Notes under the pieces: generated by a model | Database searches by the model: none | Seen by the model: the letters and a program-made list of their open reading frames with translations, nothing else | What the model was told of the DNA's origin: nothing | Position numbers and translations under genes: made by a program | DNA from: a virus | Lineage: Duplodnaviria > Caudoviricetes | Reading direction: 5' to 3' (one strand) | IMG/VR virus record: IMGVR_UViG_3300010376_000064 | Location: 1-42,862 of that record | DNA: 42,862 bases | Shown: positions 27,277-35,970 of the stretch, piece after piece | How positions within the stretch are numbered: the stretch's first letter is position 1 | Layout: the number at the start of each line of letters is the position of its first letter

Positions 27277-28628
27277 TTGATACTGACGATCCGCAGCCGC
27301 AACTGATGCCGACGGGCAGCGTCAGGCTCGACATGGGCAGGTCGCAGCCGATCCGGTCTGCGGGTCCGGTTGCGCCGCCGCAGCCAGTCGGTCAGCCGAC
27401 ACCGGGTGGCGCGAAGCTCGACATGAGCAGGTCGCAGCCGATCACAGCGCCGACAACTGCGCAGCCTGAAGAGCCAAGTCTGCTGGATCGCATGAAGGCA
27501 AACTGGCAGTCGAATATGACGCCGCAGGATACGGGACATCCCTTTACAGACTTCGTTCACAATGCTGGCGGAAGAGCGGCACATTCGTTTGTGCAGCCAC
27601 TCGTGCATCCGGTGGACACGGCACTGGGCCTTGCAAGGCTGATGTCGCAATCGCCTTACGATACGGAGCGCGAGATAGCGGAAACCTATCTCAAGTCGAA
27701 GCATCCAGCAGCGGATGTCACCGGAGATCTGGCGGCCATGGCGCTGCAGGGTGGCGTAGCCGGGGCTGGGGCCGAGCTGCTGCCGGAAGCGGGAAGTGCT
27801 CTGGTCGAGGCAGGCGGCAAAGGTGTGGACACCGCCAGGAACACAGCCGCACGAACTCGCGCTGTCTTCAGTCATGACATGGCGCAGCGGGATCTCCAGA
27901 CCGCGATCCGCAACGGTGTCGACAATGCCGCTCAGGACTCAGGTCTGAAGGTGAGATCGACGGATGCCAACGGCGCTCCGGTCTCGATCCGCAGCATCGC
28001 ACGAAATGCGTCCGATGAGCTGCACGAGAAGGCGCTGGATGTTTCACGGCGCATCGACCTGGCGCGAGACGAAGCGGTCAGCCTCAGACCGAAGGGGACC
28101 GATCGGTTGGAAAACTACACGCAGCAGATCGGCGATCTGCAGAAGCAGTTGCGTTCAAACCCTGCCGACTCGAAGACGATCAAGCTGCTCGATGAGCTGC
28201 ACGATGCACGCAATGATGCGCTGAATGAAACAGCCAACCGGGGCATGGGACTGAACCCGCAACGCATCGGCCGCGCCCAGAGGCTCTTCGATCAGCAGGC
28301 AGGGATGGAACAACTGGGACATCACTTCGCCTCGTCGACCGAAGGGATCGCGCCCGAGATGGTGCGCCCGGGAATGAAAGTCAAACCCGAGACGGTGGTT
28401 GCTGCAAAGCTCGCTCCCAAACTGGAGGCCATGGAGAGCACGGGTCTTCTGAAGAAAGCACTGGGCAGTGAGCACGCCGAAGATCTGCTCAACGAAGTGA
28501 GCGCCGCAGAGATGCGTGCAGCCAAGATCGACAGAGCAACGAAACTGGCAACCAAGGCGGGTATGGGGGCGGCAGGGATTGGCGGCGCGTGGAAACTGTT
28601 CGATCTCATCAAGGAGTTGGTGCAATGA
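27273..28628 (+). CDS. Ejection / internal virion protein
   Basis: Duplicated LDM(G/S)RSQPI motif, Gly/Ala-rich hydrophobic segments, helical composition. Confidence 0.65.
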   Translation: MIDTDDPQPQLMPTGSVRLDMGRSQPIRSAGPVAPPQPVGQPTPGGAKLDMSRSQPITAPTTAQPEEPSLLDRMKANWQSNMTPQDTGHPFTDFVHNAGGRAAHSFVQPLVHPVDTALGLARLMSQSPYDTEREIAETYLKSKHPAADVTGDLAAMALQGGVAGAGAELLPEAGSALVEAGGKGVDTARNTAARTRAVFSHDMAQRDLQTAIRNGVDNAAQDSGLKVRSTDANGAPVSIRSIARNASDELHEKALDVSRRIDLARDEAVSLRPKGTDRLENYTQQIGDLQKQLRSNPADSKTIKLLDELHDARNDALNETANRGMGLNPQRIGRAQRLFDQQAGMEQLGHHFASSTEGIAPEMVRPGMKVKPETVVAAKLAPKLEAMESTGLLKKALGSEHAEDLLNEVSAAEMRAAKIDRATKLATKAGMGAAGIGGAWKLFDLIKELVQ

Positions 28629-29398
28629 CAGAAATCGAAAACGGCAAGGCGCACAGCGTGATCATTCCCACCGAGCACCAGTCTGCTCCTAAGGAGCACT
28701 GGATGAACAAGGAGCTGGCGGCTGCTGCCGAGGAGATCGACAAGGGCCAGTTCACGCCCAAGCTCGCGAACGACGATTACTTCTACCTAGGCGAGGAGCA
28801 GCTTCTCTGGCAGCACCCACGGGTGATCGAGGCCCTCGAGCGACTGAAGAGCGAGATCCGCGAGTCGAAGAATCCGCAGGAGCTGCTCGAGAAGAAACAC
28901 ATGCTGCACGAGATGAACGAAATGGCCGCGCAGAAGGATTGCTGGGACGGTCAGGGGCGCTGGATCGGCAAGGACAACGAGCAGGAGCGACAGGGCGAGA
29001 TTCTCGCGCCTGCGCAATTCATGCGGCGTCTCGAGAAGGTGATCGGTCGCGGCCGAGTCGAGCTGCACCAGTACGCGATCATGGGACGCGTGGCGCTGCT
29101 GATCAAAGATCCTGAGCCATCATCGCTGATCATGCAGCCCTATCGCGCCCATGGCAAGATCCAAGTCGGCACGCTGCAGTGGCCACTGGGCACCGAGTGG
29201 ATGGTCATGGCATTCACCGAATACGGCGTACCCAAGTACGCGAAGTTTCTGGGCTGGCGCACAGCTCTGCTCTCGATGATCACGCTGCATGTGATCACCG
29301 AAGAGGAAGCGCACAAGGCCTTCCCACTACGCGAAGGTCAGCATGCGTCTATGTGGTACAGACAGCAACTCTACGAATTGAGAGGAGGCAAGGCATGA
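28625..29398 (+). CDS. Conserved hypothetical protein
   Basis: AAGGAG RBS, ATGA coupling; EW.V..F.EYGVP....LGWRTALL.MI motif. Confidence 0.75.
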   Translation: MTEIENGKAHSVIIPTEHQSAPKEHWMNKELAAAAEEIDKGQFTPKLANDDYFYLGEEQLLWQHPRVIEALERLKSEIRESKNPQELLEKKHMLHEMNEMAAQKDCWDGQGRWIGKDNEQERQGEILAPAQFMRRLEKVIGRGRVELHQYAIMGRVALLIKDPEPSSLIMQPYRAHGKIQVGTLQWPLGTEWMVMAFTEYGVPKYAKFLGWRTALLSMITLHVITEEEAHKAFPLREGQHASMWYRQQLYELRGGKA

Positions 29399-29811
29399 GG
29401 CGAATCAGAAAACTCATTTTGCTGTTTTTCAATCTGGTGTGCATCGGCATTGCCGCAGGGCAAGTGCAGATTCCCAGCTCGCTGGTCTATGCATTCCCCG
29501 CAGTGACCGGGACAGGTGGAATCACCACGCTGCAATTCTCCAATGCCGCCTCGCGGCCAGCGATCTACACCGTGGATGCGAGTGTCTTCGGCACAGCGCC
29601 GAGTGCCTGCACCTTTCGTGTCGAGGGATCGAACGACAACCAGGTCTGGTACGGACTCGATCAGACGGCACCGACCACCAACAGTTGCACGGCGAACTTC
29701 ATGGAGCATATCGCGAACAAGCCTGTGCTCTATTTGCGCGTGAACATTGTGGCTTACACAGCGGGTGACGGGACGACGCAAGTCGTCTTTCACTACGTTG
29801 GAAAACAGTGA
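29395..29811 (+). CDS. Signal-peptide-bearing beta-sandwich protein
   Basis: GGAGG RBS; MRRIRKLILLFFNLVCIGIAAG|Q Sec-type leader; VEGSND..VW...YLRVNI jelly-roll-like pattern; Cys pair. Confidence 0.75.
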   Translation: MRRIRKLILLFFNLVCIGIAAGQVQIPSSLVYAFPAVTGTGGITTLQFSNAASRPAIYTVDASVFGTAPSACTFRVEGSNDNQVWYGLDQTAPTTNSCTANFMEHIANKPVLYLRVNIVAYTAGDGTTQVVFHYVGKQ

Positions 29812-29820
29812 GGTGATGCG

Positions 29821-30768
29821 ATGGGAACACCGATAGCAGGCGGCGGAACACCGATCATAGGCACGCCAGCAGCAGGCGGCGGCGGCACACCATCGGGGCC
29901 AGCGGGTGGCGATCTCGCGGGGACTTATCCCAACCCGACCGTTGCCGGGATCGCAGGCGCAACCGCGCCAATTAAGTCGAGTGCTGCGGGGGGACTTTCG
30001 ACGGGGACGGGGCCAGTCATGACATTGACCGGAGCCTTAGCCACGGGTGGCACTGGCACAACTACCGTGCCGTTTATTTTCATCAATCAGGCAGTCACAC
30101 AGCCAACAAATTGGAACACATCGGGAACGATTCTAGGATTCAATGCCCCGAGCGGCTTCACTGCTGGAGCCTTTATTGACTGCCGCGTTAACGGGCAAGC
30201 CTCTAGTTTTTTCTCCGTCAACGCTCAAGGAACGATCAGCGGAACGGGTTCCATCACAATGGTTGGCACGGGAGCCTATTCCTTCACTACCAGCACCGTT
30301 GCTACGACTTGTCTCACAGTAAAAAACAGCGCGGCTAGCCCAACGGGTTTGCTGCAAATTTGGGTGTCAACGAGCACCAATGTTGCAACCCTTGACCCCA
30401 AAGGCACGTTTGCCATTCGTCAGATTATCGGGTTATCAGGAGCGCCAGCCATCGCAGGAGGGACGGGCGCAGGGACGACGCCGACTGTCGGCGTGACTGG
30501 AAACAACACAGCGGGACAAATCACCGTTACTCCAGGTACATCGCCGACCGCGAGCGCAGCGGTTGTGACAGTGACGTTTGCGAATGCATTCGCTTATACC
30601 TCCGCACCCTTTCCGACATTGACACCCGCGAACGCCGCCGCCGCCGCGTTGACCGGCAATGCTCAGGTGTACGTCACAGCGACCACAACGACGCTGGTCC
30701 TGAATGCTGGCTCGACCGCGCTCACGCAGGGAACCGCGTACGCGTGGAACTATGCGGTGCAGGGATAA
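29821..30768 (+). CDS. Gly/Thr-rich fibre-like virion protein
   Basis: PSGPAGGDLAGTYPNPTV motif and C-terminal GTGAGTTPT...AGQITVT...VTVTFANAF domain, patterns I recall from phage fibres. Confidence 0.7.
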   Translation: MGTPIAGGGTPIIGTPAAGGGGTPSGPAGGDLAGTYPNPTVAGIAGATAPIKSSAAGGLSTGTGPVMTLTGALATGGTGTTTVPFIFINQAVTQPTNWNTSGTILGFNAPSGFTAGAFIDCRVNGQASSFFSVNAQGTISGTGSITMVGTGAYSFTTSTVATTCLTVKNSAASPTGLLQIWVSTSTNVATLDPKGTFAIRQIIGLSGAPAIAGGTGAGTTPTVGVTGNNTAGQITVTPGTSPTASAAVVTVTFANAFAYTSAPFPTLTPANAAAAALTGNAQVYVTATTTTLVLNAGSTALTQGTAYAWNYAVQG

Positions 30769-30773
30769 GGAGG

Positions 30774-30965
30774 ATGGAATACGACCCCATAACACTGTCG
30801 ATTATCTGCCCGAGGTGCTGTGCTGCCTCATCCGCCCGGTGCCTCGAAAAAAAGCTCGATGGAAAATCATGGGCCGAGCGGCCCCACGTCGAGCGAGTAA
30901 GAACGGCTTACTTTATCGCCGCGCATTCTGGGTGGGATGTTTGTGGTGTCTCATTCTTCTCATGA
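30774..30965 (+). CDS. Small zinc-finger protein, similar motif to 125..442
   Basis: AAGGAGG RBS; CPRCCA....CL...PHVER. Confidence 0.55.
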   Translation: MEYDPITLSIICPRCCAASSARCLEKKLDGKSWAERPHVERVRTAYFIAAHSGWDVCGVSFFS

Positions 30966-31060
30966 GCTGCCACAACGTGATGAACGTGAAGATCACGGTG
31001 TCGAAGACATCGAAACGAAGCATAGCGCCGCCGACTGCGCCATGCGAAGACAAGAAATGA
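30869..31060 (+). CDS. Possible small lipoprotein (spanin-like candidate)
   Basis: Basic N-terminus, hydrophobic AFWVGCLWCLILLMS-C with a lipobox-like end; ATGA-coupled to the hydrolase gene; overlaps 30774..30965. Confidence 0.35.
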   Translation: MGRAAPRRASKNGLLYRRAFWVGCLWCLILLMSCHNVMNVKITVSKTSKRSIAPPTAPCEDKK

Positions 31061-31476
31061 CGCTCGACCAGCTACAACGCGCAGCACTTTTCGGCTTTGC
31101 CTACCAGCAGGCGAGCCACACGGGAAGCCTGCCTGCGATGCGAGCGGTGGCATACATCATCCGCAACCGGGTGATCAACGGCTGGCATGACGGCAACTGG
31201 CTGGAGGCGATCCAGAAGCACCGGGACGCGAGCGGCAACGAGGCGACCGATCCGCCCCTGTTCGATCCCTATAGCCAGACCTTCCAGACCCTGCTGCGGC
31301 AGATTGATGATATCTACTTCGGACAGAGCGAAGAGACGGCTCAGGCGGTAGGTAAAGCACTTTACTACCAGTTTATCGACAAGCCTCTGCGCTCTTGGTT
31401 CACCGACAACATCCTCCACCAGCCGAGCGCTCATCGAAGGCAGGCAATTATCGGATCCATGTACCTGTACGAATGA
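31057..31476 (+). CDS. SleB/Hydrolase_2-like cell wall hydrolase homolog
   Basis: MRAVAYIIRNRV..GW, IDDIY.G, ALYY, SWF...I, IG.MYLY all fit the family; the usual EARGE segment reads QQASHT. Confidence 0.72.
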   Translation: MTLDQLQRAALFGFAYQQASHTGSLPAMRAVAYIIRNRVINGWHDGNWLEAIQKHRDASGNEATDPPLFDPYSQTFQTLLRQIDDIYFGQSEETAQAVGKALYYQFIDKPLRSWFTDNILHQPSAHRRQAIIGSMYLYE

Positions 31477-31485
31477 GGGCAAATT

Positions 31486-32217
31486 ATGGCCACACCGGGC
31501 ATCACGCTCACTTGCACGCTGCATGACATCAACGGCAACCCTGTGAACAAGGGTGTGGTAACGATTGTGCTCTTTGGCTTTGGCCCGAATCTGCCCTCGA
31601 TTGTCGGCACCTCGATGCTCGCTAAAGTGGGTCCGGTGCAGTATTCGCTGGCAGATGGAACCTTTGACAGCGGCTTAAAGCTATGGGGGAACGATCAGAT
31701 CACGCCGCTGAATCAGACCTACTACTGCATCACCATCGAGGACGACAAGAAGAACATCGTGCAGAGCGGGATCTACCAGTTCAGCGGAACGCAGACGATA
31801 GATCTCAGCAACGCGCCGCAGATCAATCCCATCCTTGGCACTCCACCGCTGCAGTTCGTGACTGCCGACATCTGGATCATCCTGCCCGGGAGCAGCAGCC
31901 AGGTGCTGACGCCCATGGGCGAGCTGGTGACGCAGCTTGAGAAGGTGAACACCGAAACTCCCATGCGGCGGCCGAAGCCCTATCCCGGGCAGGACAGGCT
32001 GCTGCCTACGTTTCGCTCCTTCGCCTCGCCCCCGGGTAACACGTACACGCTCTCCAGAACGCCGTGGAACGCGCAACTGATCGGCCTCTGGTACAACGGA
32101 CTGCTGCTGCTGCCCACGGCGAGCTACACGCTCGTGGGTCGCACCATCACTCTCACATTTTCAACTGGCCTTGGGGACAACCTCTATGCCTCCTATGTAG
32201 CGTCGACCGTGAGCTGA
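31486..32217 (+). CDS. Virion structural protein (fibre/spike adaptor-like)
   Basis: N-terminal LHDINGNPV...LWGNDQITP..TYY domain; C-terminal YTLSRTP...YNGLLL....YTL.G..ITL domain resembling fibre attachment modules. Confidence 0.65.
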   Translation: MATPGITLTCTLHDINGNPVNKGVVTIVLFGFGPNLPSIVGTSMLAKVGPVQYSLADGTFDSGLKLWGNDQITPLNQTYYCITIEDDKKNIVQSGIYQFSGTQTIDLSNAPQINPILGTPPLQFVTADIWIILPGSSSQVLTPMGELVTQLEKVNTETPMRRPKPYPGQDRLLPTFRSFASPPGNTYTLSRTPWNAQLIGLWYNGLLLLPTASYTLVGRTITLTFSTGLGDNLYASYVASTVS

Positions 32218-32219
32218 CT

Positions 32220-32462
32220 ATGCTGCCGATCACACCAGTTCTGCCGTATCTCCAAGCCGACTTCGCAATGGTGGGATCGACGCAGACCTTTGCGCTTTCA
32301 CAATCGCCCCAGCAGGGGGGGCTGTTTCTGTTTTTCTACAACGGACAATTACAGATCCCTGGGCTTCACTACTTGCTCTCGCAACGCAACGTCGAGCTGT
32401 TTTTCAGAACGTCTGCGGGGGACAATTGCTATGCGATTTATCAGGCTGTCACTCTTAATTAG
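32220..32462 (+). CDS. Single-domain paralog of the C-terminal domain of 31486..32217
   Basis: TFALSQSP...FYNGQLQIPGLHYLL....VELFF.T..GDNCYAIY aligns by eye with the upstream gene's C-terminus. Confidence 0.7.
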   Translation: MLPITPVLPYLQADFAMVGSTQTFALSQSPQQGGLFLFFYNGQLQIPGLHYLLSQRNVELFFRTSAGDNCYAIYQAVTLN

Positions 32463-35400
32463 CTTCTTGTTTTCCTTTTTTCCTGTTGTGGCGCAGCCGA
32501 ATCAGATCAACCCGGGCACGCAGATTCGCTGGCCTATTGGCTGTCAGGCGGGACCGAGCGCTGGCGGCGTCTATGTGCCAGCGACGAATCAGTGCATCCC
32601 GACAGGCACGGGCGCGAACGCCGCAGGGCAGGCGTGGGATCTGCAGCTCAACGCCGGCGGCACGAATTTTGGCGTGTCCAATCCGCGCATCTATGGCGAT
32701 GCCAACGGCAATCTCATCGGCAATGCTGCGATCCGTTTCCCGCAGCCACGCGTCGACATACAAGCGCCTCTATTCAGCATCGGCGGCGGCATCGCAGGCC
32801 TGCCTGCCTGTCCGAACGCGATAGATCCAACGGGTGTCACCGATTCGCTCTGCCCCATGCAGAATGCCGCGAATTACATCCCTGCTGTTTATGGCTCCGC
32901 AATCAAAGGCGCGTATCCCTGTCTCTACATTTCGCCAGGTCGCTACAAGATCAATGGCACGCTGCGTGTGCCGCGCTCCACGCAGATCTGCGGCGACGGC
33001 ATGGACACGGCAACTATCGTGGAAGCGAATCCGGCTGTGAGCGCCATCGTGATTTATTCGAGCACTGCGGGATCGGGCGCGAGCTGGCCTCCACTGGCAG
33101 CGATGACGGGTCTCAGCATTCAGTGTGGCGTGCAGGGGAATCCCGGCAACAGCAGCTATGCAGGCTGCACCGGAAATGCGATTCAGGTTCAGACGACGAA
33201 CTACTCGATCTGGAACGTGCAGATCAACAACTGGGGCGGCTATGGCTACAACATGGCGACCACTTCCGAGGAGATTCGGCTGAAGAATATCTGGTGCGGC
33301 GATGTGCGCTGGTGCGTGCCGAACATCGGACAAGCTACCGATTCTCTGGATGACCTTTACGCAGCAGGACCGGGACAGGATGACTCTGGCTTCTGTTTCT
33401 CAGGAGGCAACTGCACGGCGCAGGGTCTAACCTTCTCGCACAACTGGGCACCAACGTCTGTCACGCTGCAGAGTGCAGCGGTGGACAATGCGGGGAATGC
33501 GACCATCACAGTTACCTGTGCGCCAGCAGCATGTTTGAGTCAGGGCTATATCAACGGGAATGCTGTAGCGCAGGGATTCTCGTCACCTGTGCCGCCTGGA
33601 GGTCTGTTCCGCCTGTCAGGGATCACCGATCCGAACCTGACCATGCTCAATGGCGTCTGGCAGGCGCAGACAGTCACGGGCACACCCACCAATCCCTTCA
33701 CGATCACCTTCACGGTGTGGACCGGAGGCCAGTGGACCTATGGCCCGAACAACTTCCAGATGATCTATTTCTGCGGGAACAACGTTACCTGCAATAAGGC
33801 AACGACGACGAGCTACTCAGCGACCACGCCAGCTGGCATGTTTCAGCCCACGGCGATCCGCTCGCCCAACTACGCCGTCAATTCCAACGGCCCGACGAAT
33901 GTGCTGCGGAACCTGCGCGTGAATCCGCTCTACTATGCCAACGCTTATCAAAGCTTCGGTCTCGAGCACCTCGATGGACTCTATGCCGAGTGTCAGTCCA
34001 ATGCCTTTCCCTGCCAGCAAAACTCGCTGACAGTCGGTCTGGCAAACTCGCCTTACACGCTGCTCACTTCAACCGCGCCGACCACCACAGGTGTGTCGAC
34101 GGTGGTAGCCAGTTCATGGTTCCGCAACTACACAACAGACCCGTCGCAGAGCACCGACATAACCGCAATGCTCGCCACTCTGCAAGCTTTTCCCTGCGAC
34201 TACAACCCGACACAGACAGGTGTGCCATCGGCTTGCAACCCCACGGTGAACACGAACCAGACCGAAGTGTTCAACGGCACGTTTTCGACGGATGGGCTGC
34301 ACTACATTACGCGGAAACTGGGAGGCAGCACCGTAACAACAGCGGCAGGCACGGGCCCAGCATGGGGACCGGGCACCATCATCACCTACCAGGTTGTCGG
34401 CATGGCGCTAGGCTCGAATGGTGGCGAATACAACAAGCTGCGAGCCTCGAGCGACCTGATTCTGGGCGGCGGCGGCGCTTACGACTACACCAGCCAGTGC
34501 AACGACCAAGGGCCATCCCCATGCGGCCAGATCCTGATCGGCACGTTCTATAACCCGATTTACTTTTGGCCCGGTACGGTGCAGGGTGGCGGTCACATTC
34601 TTATCATGCAGCAGGACACACAGACCACTAACGCGCAGCCGCCGAATCCGGCCACAGGTGTATCGTGCATCAAAGTTTTCGATAAAAGCCATGTGAGCTT
34701 GGTTGAATCGGGCGGTGGGATCGATGTGGTGAGCAATAACTACATGCAGACAGGTGAATCCCCGGCTGTGGCGAATGGGACGGTAACGCATGGGATGTCG
34801 CATTGTGTGATTGTCCCGCAGTATCAGAACCAGCTCGCAGGCAACGTCTGGCAGACGCAATCGCCGCTGATCCACGATACGTTTACGAATTCGTTTCTTA
34901 GCTGTGCAGGCGGCAACGTGGGGAATTGCCGATTCAAAAGTGACGTTGTTGTTCCCTCACCCAACGGCGCGGCTTCGCTGGGCGGCAGCTCTACGGGCGG
35001 CTATGCGCTTCCCTATGGCCACACGTTCACCAACGCTGAGGATCAGATGGACACGGCAGGCTATACCGCGACGGGCACGATCACGAGTTGGAGTTGGAAT
35101 CAGGGCAGCGGACTTGCCACGTTTCAGAGCACCATGAATCCCGGCTTGGGGAACTATGTTTTTATAAGTGGCCTGGTTCAAGGATCTTTCCTGAACAACT
35201 TCGGCACGCCGCAGTATGACAATGGCTGGAGCGTGCAAAGCTCGACCGCATCTCAGTTCGTAGTGTGGTTCAACGGCAGCGGCTATGGCATACCGTTGGG
35301 CACGCCGACCAGCGCCACCGAGGGTGGCAACGTCACGATGTACAAGCCGATCATGAGAACGCACGTCCAAGGCGGTCCTAACAACACGGGAGCGAATGTG

Positions 35401-35748
35401 GGATGGGACTTCCAACTCTACAATGGCAGTGCGTGGCAGAACGGCGTCAGCATGCATGCAACAGCGGCGAATCCATCGAACCTGAATTTTGCGTCGAATG
35501 GGCACATCAATCAAACCGCAACCAAGAACTGGGCAGGCAACTGCACGATGGCCAGCGGGACGTGCGGCGCTCAGACGTTCAACGTTCCTTACTCGCAGAC
35601 ACCAGCGTGTGTGTGCTCGTGGACAGGCGGCGGGACGCTCACGGGGCTGATCAAGTGTGTGGCCTCGACGGCATCGGTCACGCCGCAATCGAGCGTAGGC
35701 ACCGACTCCGCGGCCGTCGCTTGGAGCTGCACGGGTAATCCAAACTAA
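32431..35748 (+). CDS. Tailspike / beta-helix polysaccharide depolymerase-like protein with signal peptide
   Basis: MRFIRLSLLISFLFSFFPVVA|Q leader; DPTGVTDS...LYISPGRYKI..TL.V.....I.GDG pectate_lyase_3-type cap; Cys-rich; C-terminal TFNVPYSQTPACVC...WSCTGN domain. Confidence 0.78.
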   Translation: MRFIRLSLLISFLFSFFPVVAQPNQINPGTQIRWPIGCQAGPSAGGVYVPATNQCIPTGTGANAAGQAWDLQLNAGGTNFGVSNPRIYGDANGNLIGNAAIRFPQPRVDIQAPLFSIGGGIAGLPACPNAIDPTGVTDSLCPMQNAANYIPAVYGSAIKGAYPCLYISPGRYKINGTLRVPRSTQICGDGMDTATIVEANPAVSAIVIYSSTAGSGASWPPLAAMTGLSIQCGVQGNPGNSSYAGCTGNAIQVQTTNYSIWNVQINNWGGYGYNMATTSEEIRLKNIWCGDVRWCVPNIGQATDSLDDLYAAGPGQDDSGFCFSGGNCTAQGLTFSHNWAPTSVTLQSAAVDNAGNATITVTCAPAACLSQGYINGNAVAQGFSSPVPPGGLFRLSGITDPNLTMLNGVWQAQTVTGTPTNPFTITFTVWTGGQWTYGPNNFQMIYFCGNNVTCNKATTTSYSATTPAGMFQPTAIRSPNYAVNSNGPTNVLRNLRVNPLYYANAYQSFGLEHLDGLYAECQSNAFPCQQNSLTVGLANSPYTLLTSTAPTTTGVSTVVASSWFRNYTTDPSQSTDITAMLATLQAFPCDYNPTQTGVPSACNPTVNTNQTEVFNGTFSTDGLHYITRKLGGSTVTTAAGTGPAWGPGTIITYQVVGMALGSNGGEYNKLRASSDLILGGGGAYDYTSQCNDQGPSPCGQILIGTFYNPIYFWPGTVQGGGHILIMQQDTQTTNAQPPNPATGVSCIKVFDKSHVSLVESGGGIDVVSNNYMQTGESPAVANGTVTHGMSHCVIVPQYQNQLAGNVWQTQSPLIHDTFTNSFLSCAGGNVGNCRFKSDVVVPSPNGAASLGGSSTGGYALPYGHTFTNAEDQMDTAGYTATGTITSWSWNQGSGLATFQSTMNPGLGNYVFISGLVQGSFLNNFGTPQYDNGWSVQSSTASQFVVWFNGSGYGIPLGTPTSATEGGNVTMYKPIMRTHVQGGPNNTGANVGWDFQLYNGSAWQNGVSMHATAANPSNLNFASNGHINQTATKNWAGNCTMASGTCGAQTFNVPYSQTPACVCSWTGGGTLTGLIKCVASTASVTPQSSVGTDSAAVAWSCTGNPN

Positions 35749-35759
35749 GGAGAAAACAA

Positions 35760-35930
35760 ATGCCGGTAAAGCCGGGATCATCGAAGAAAATAATAAGCTC
35801 TAACATCCGCGAGTTACATAGCGGCAAAACTCATGCACGCACCGAGGCGAAATCAGGTAAGAAAGCCGCCGACAAGCAGAGCGTAGCCATTGCTCTTGAA
35901 GAGGCCAGACGGTCGAAATCAAGGAAGTGA
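35760..35930 (+). CDS. 56-aa basic protein
   Basis: Not in the ORF track. AAGGAG RBS; MPVKPGSSKKIISSNIRELHSGK...KQSVAIALEEARRS, a small-protein pattern I recognise from phages. Confidence 0.75.
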   Translation: MPVKPGSSKKIISSNIRELHSGKTHARTEAKSGKKAADKQSVAIALEEARRSKSRK

Positions 35931-35970
35931 GACTTGACCCTTGGAGGCGAGGTCTTGGAAACTGGCTCAC

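Noticed and set aside
32290-32430. Longer start for the tailspike ORF
   Set aside because: It overlaps the credible 32220-32462 gene; ATG 32431 follows GGGGGA and yields a clean signal peptide.
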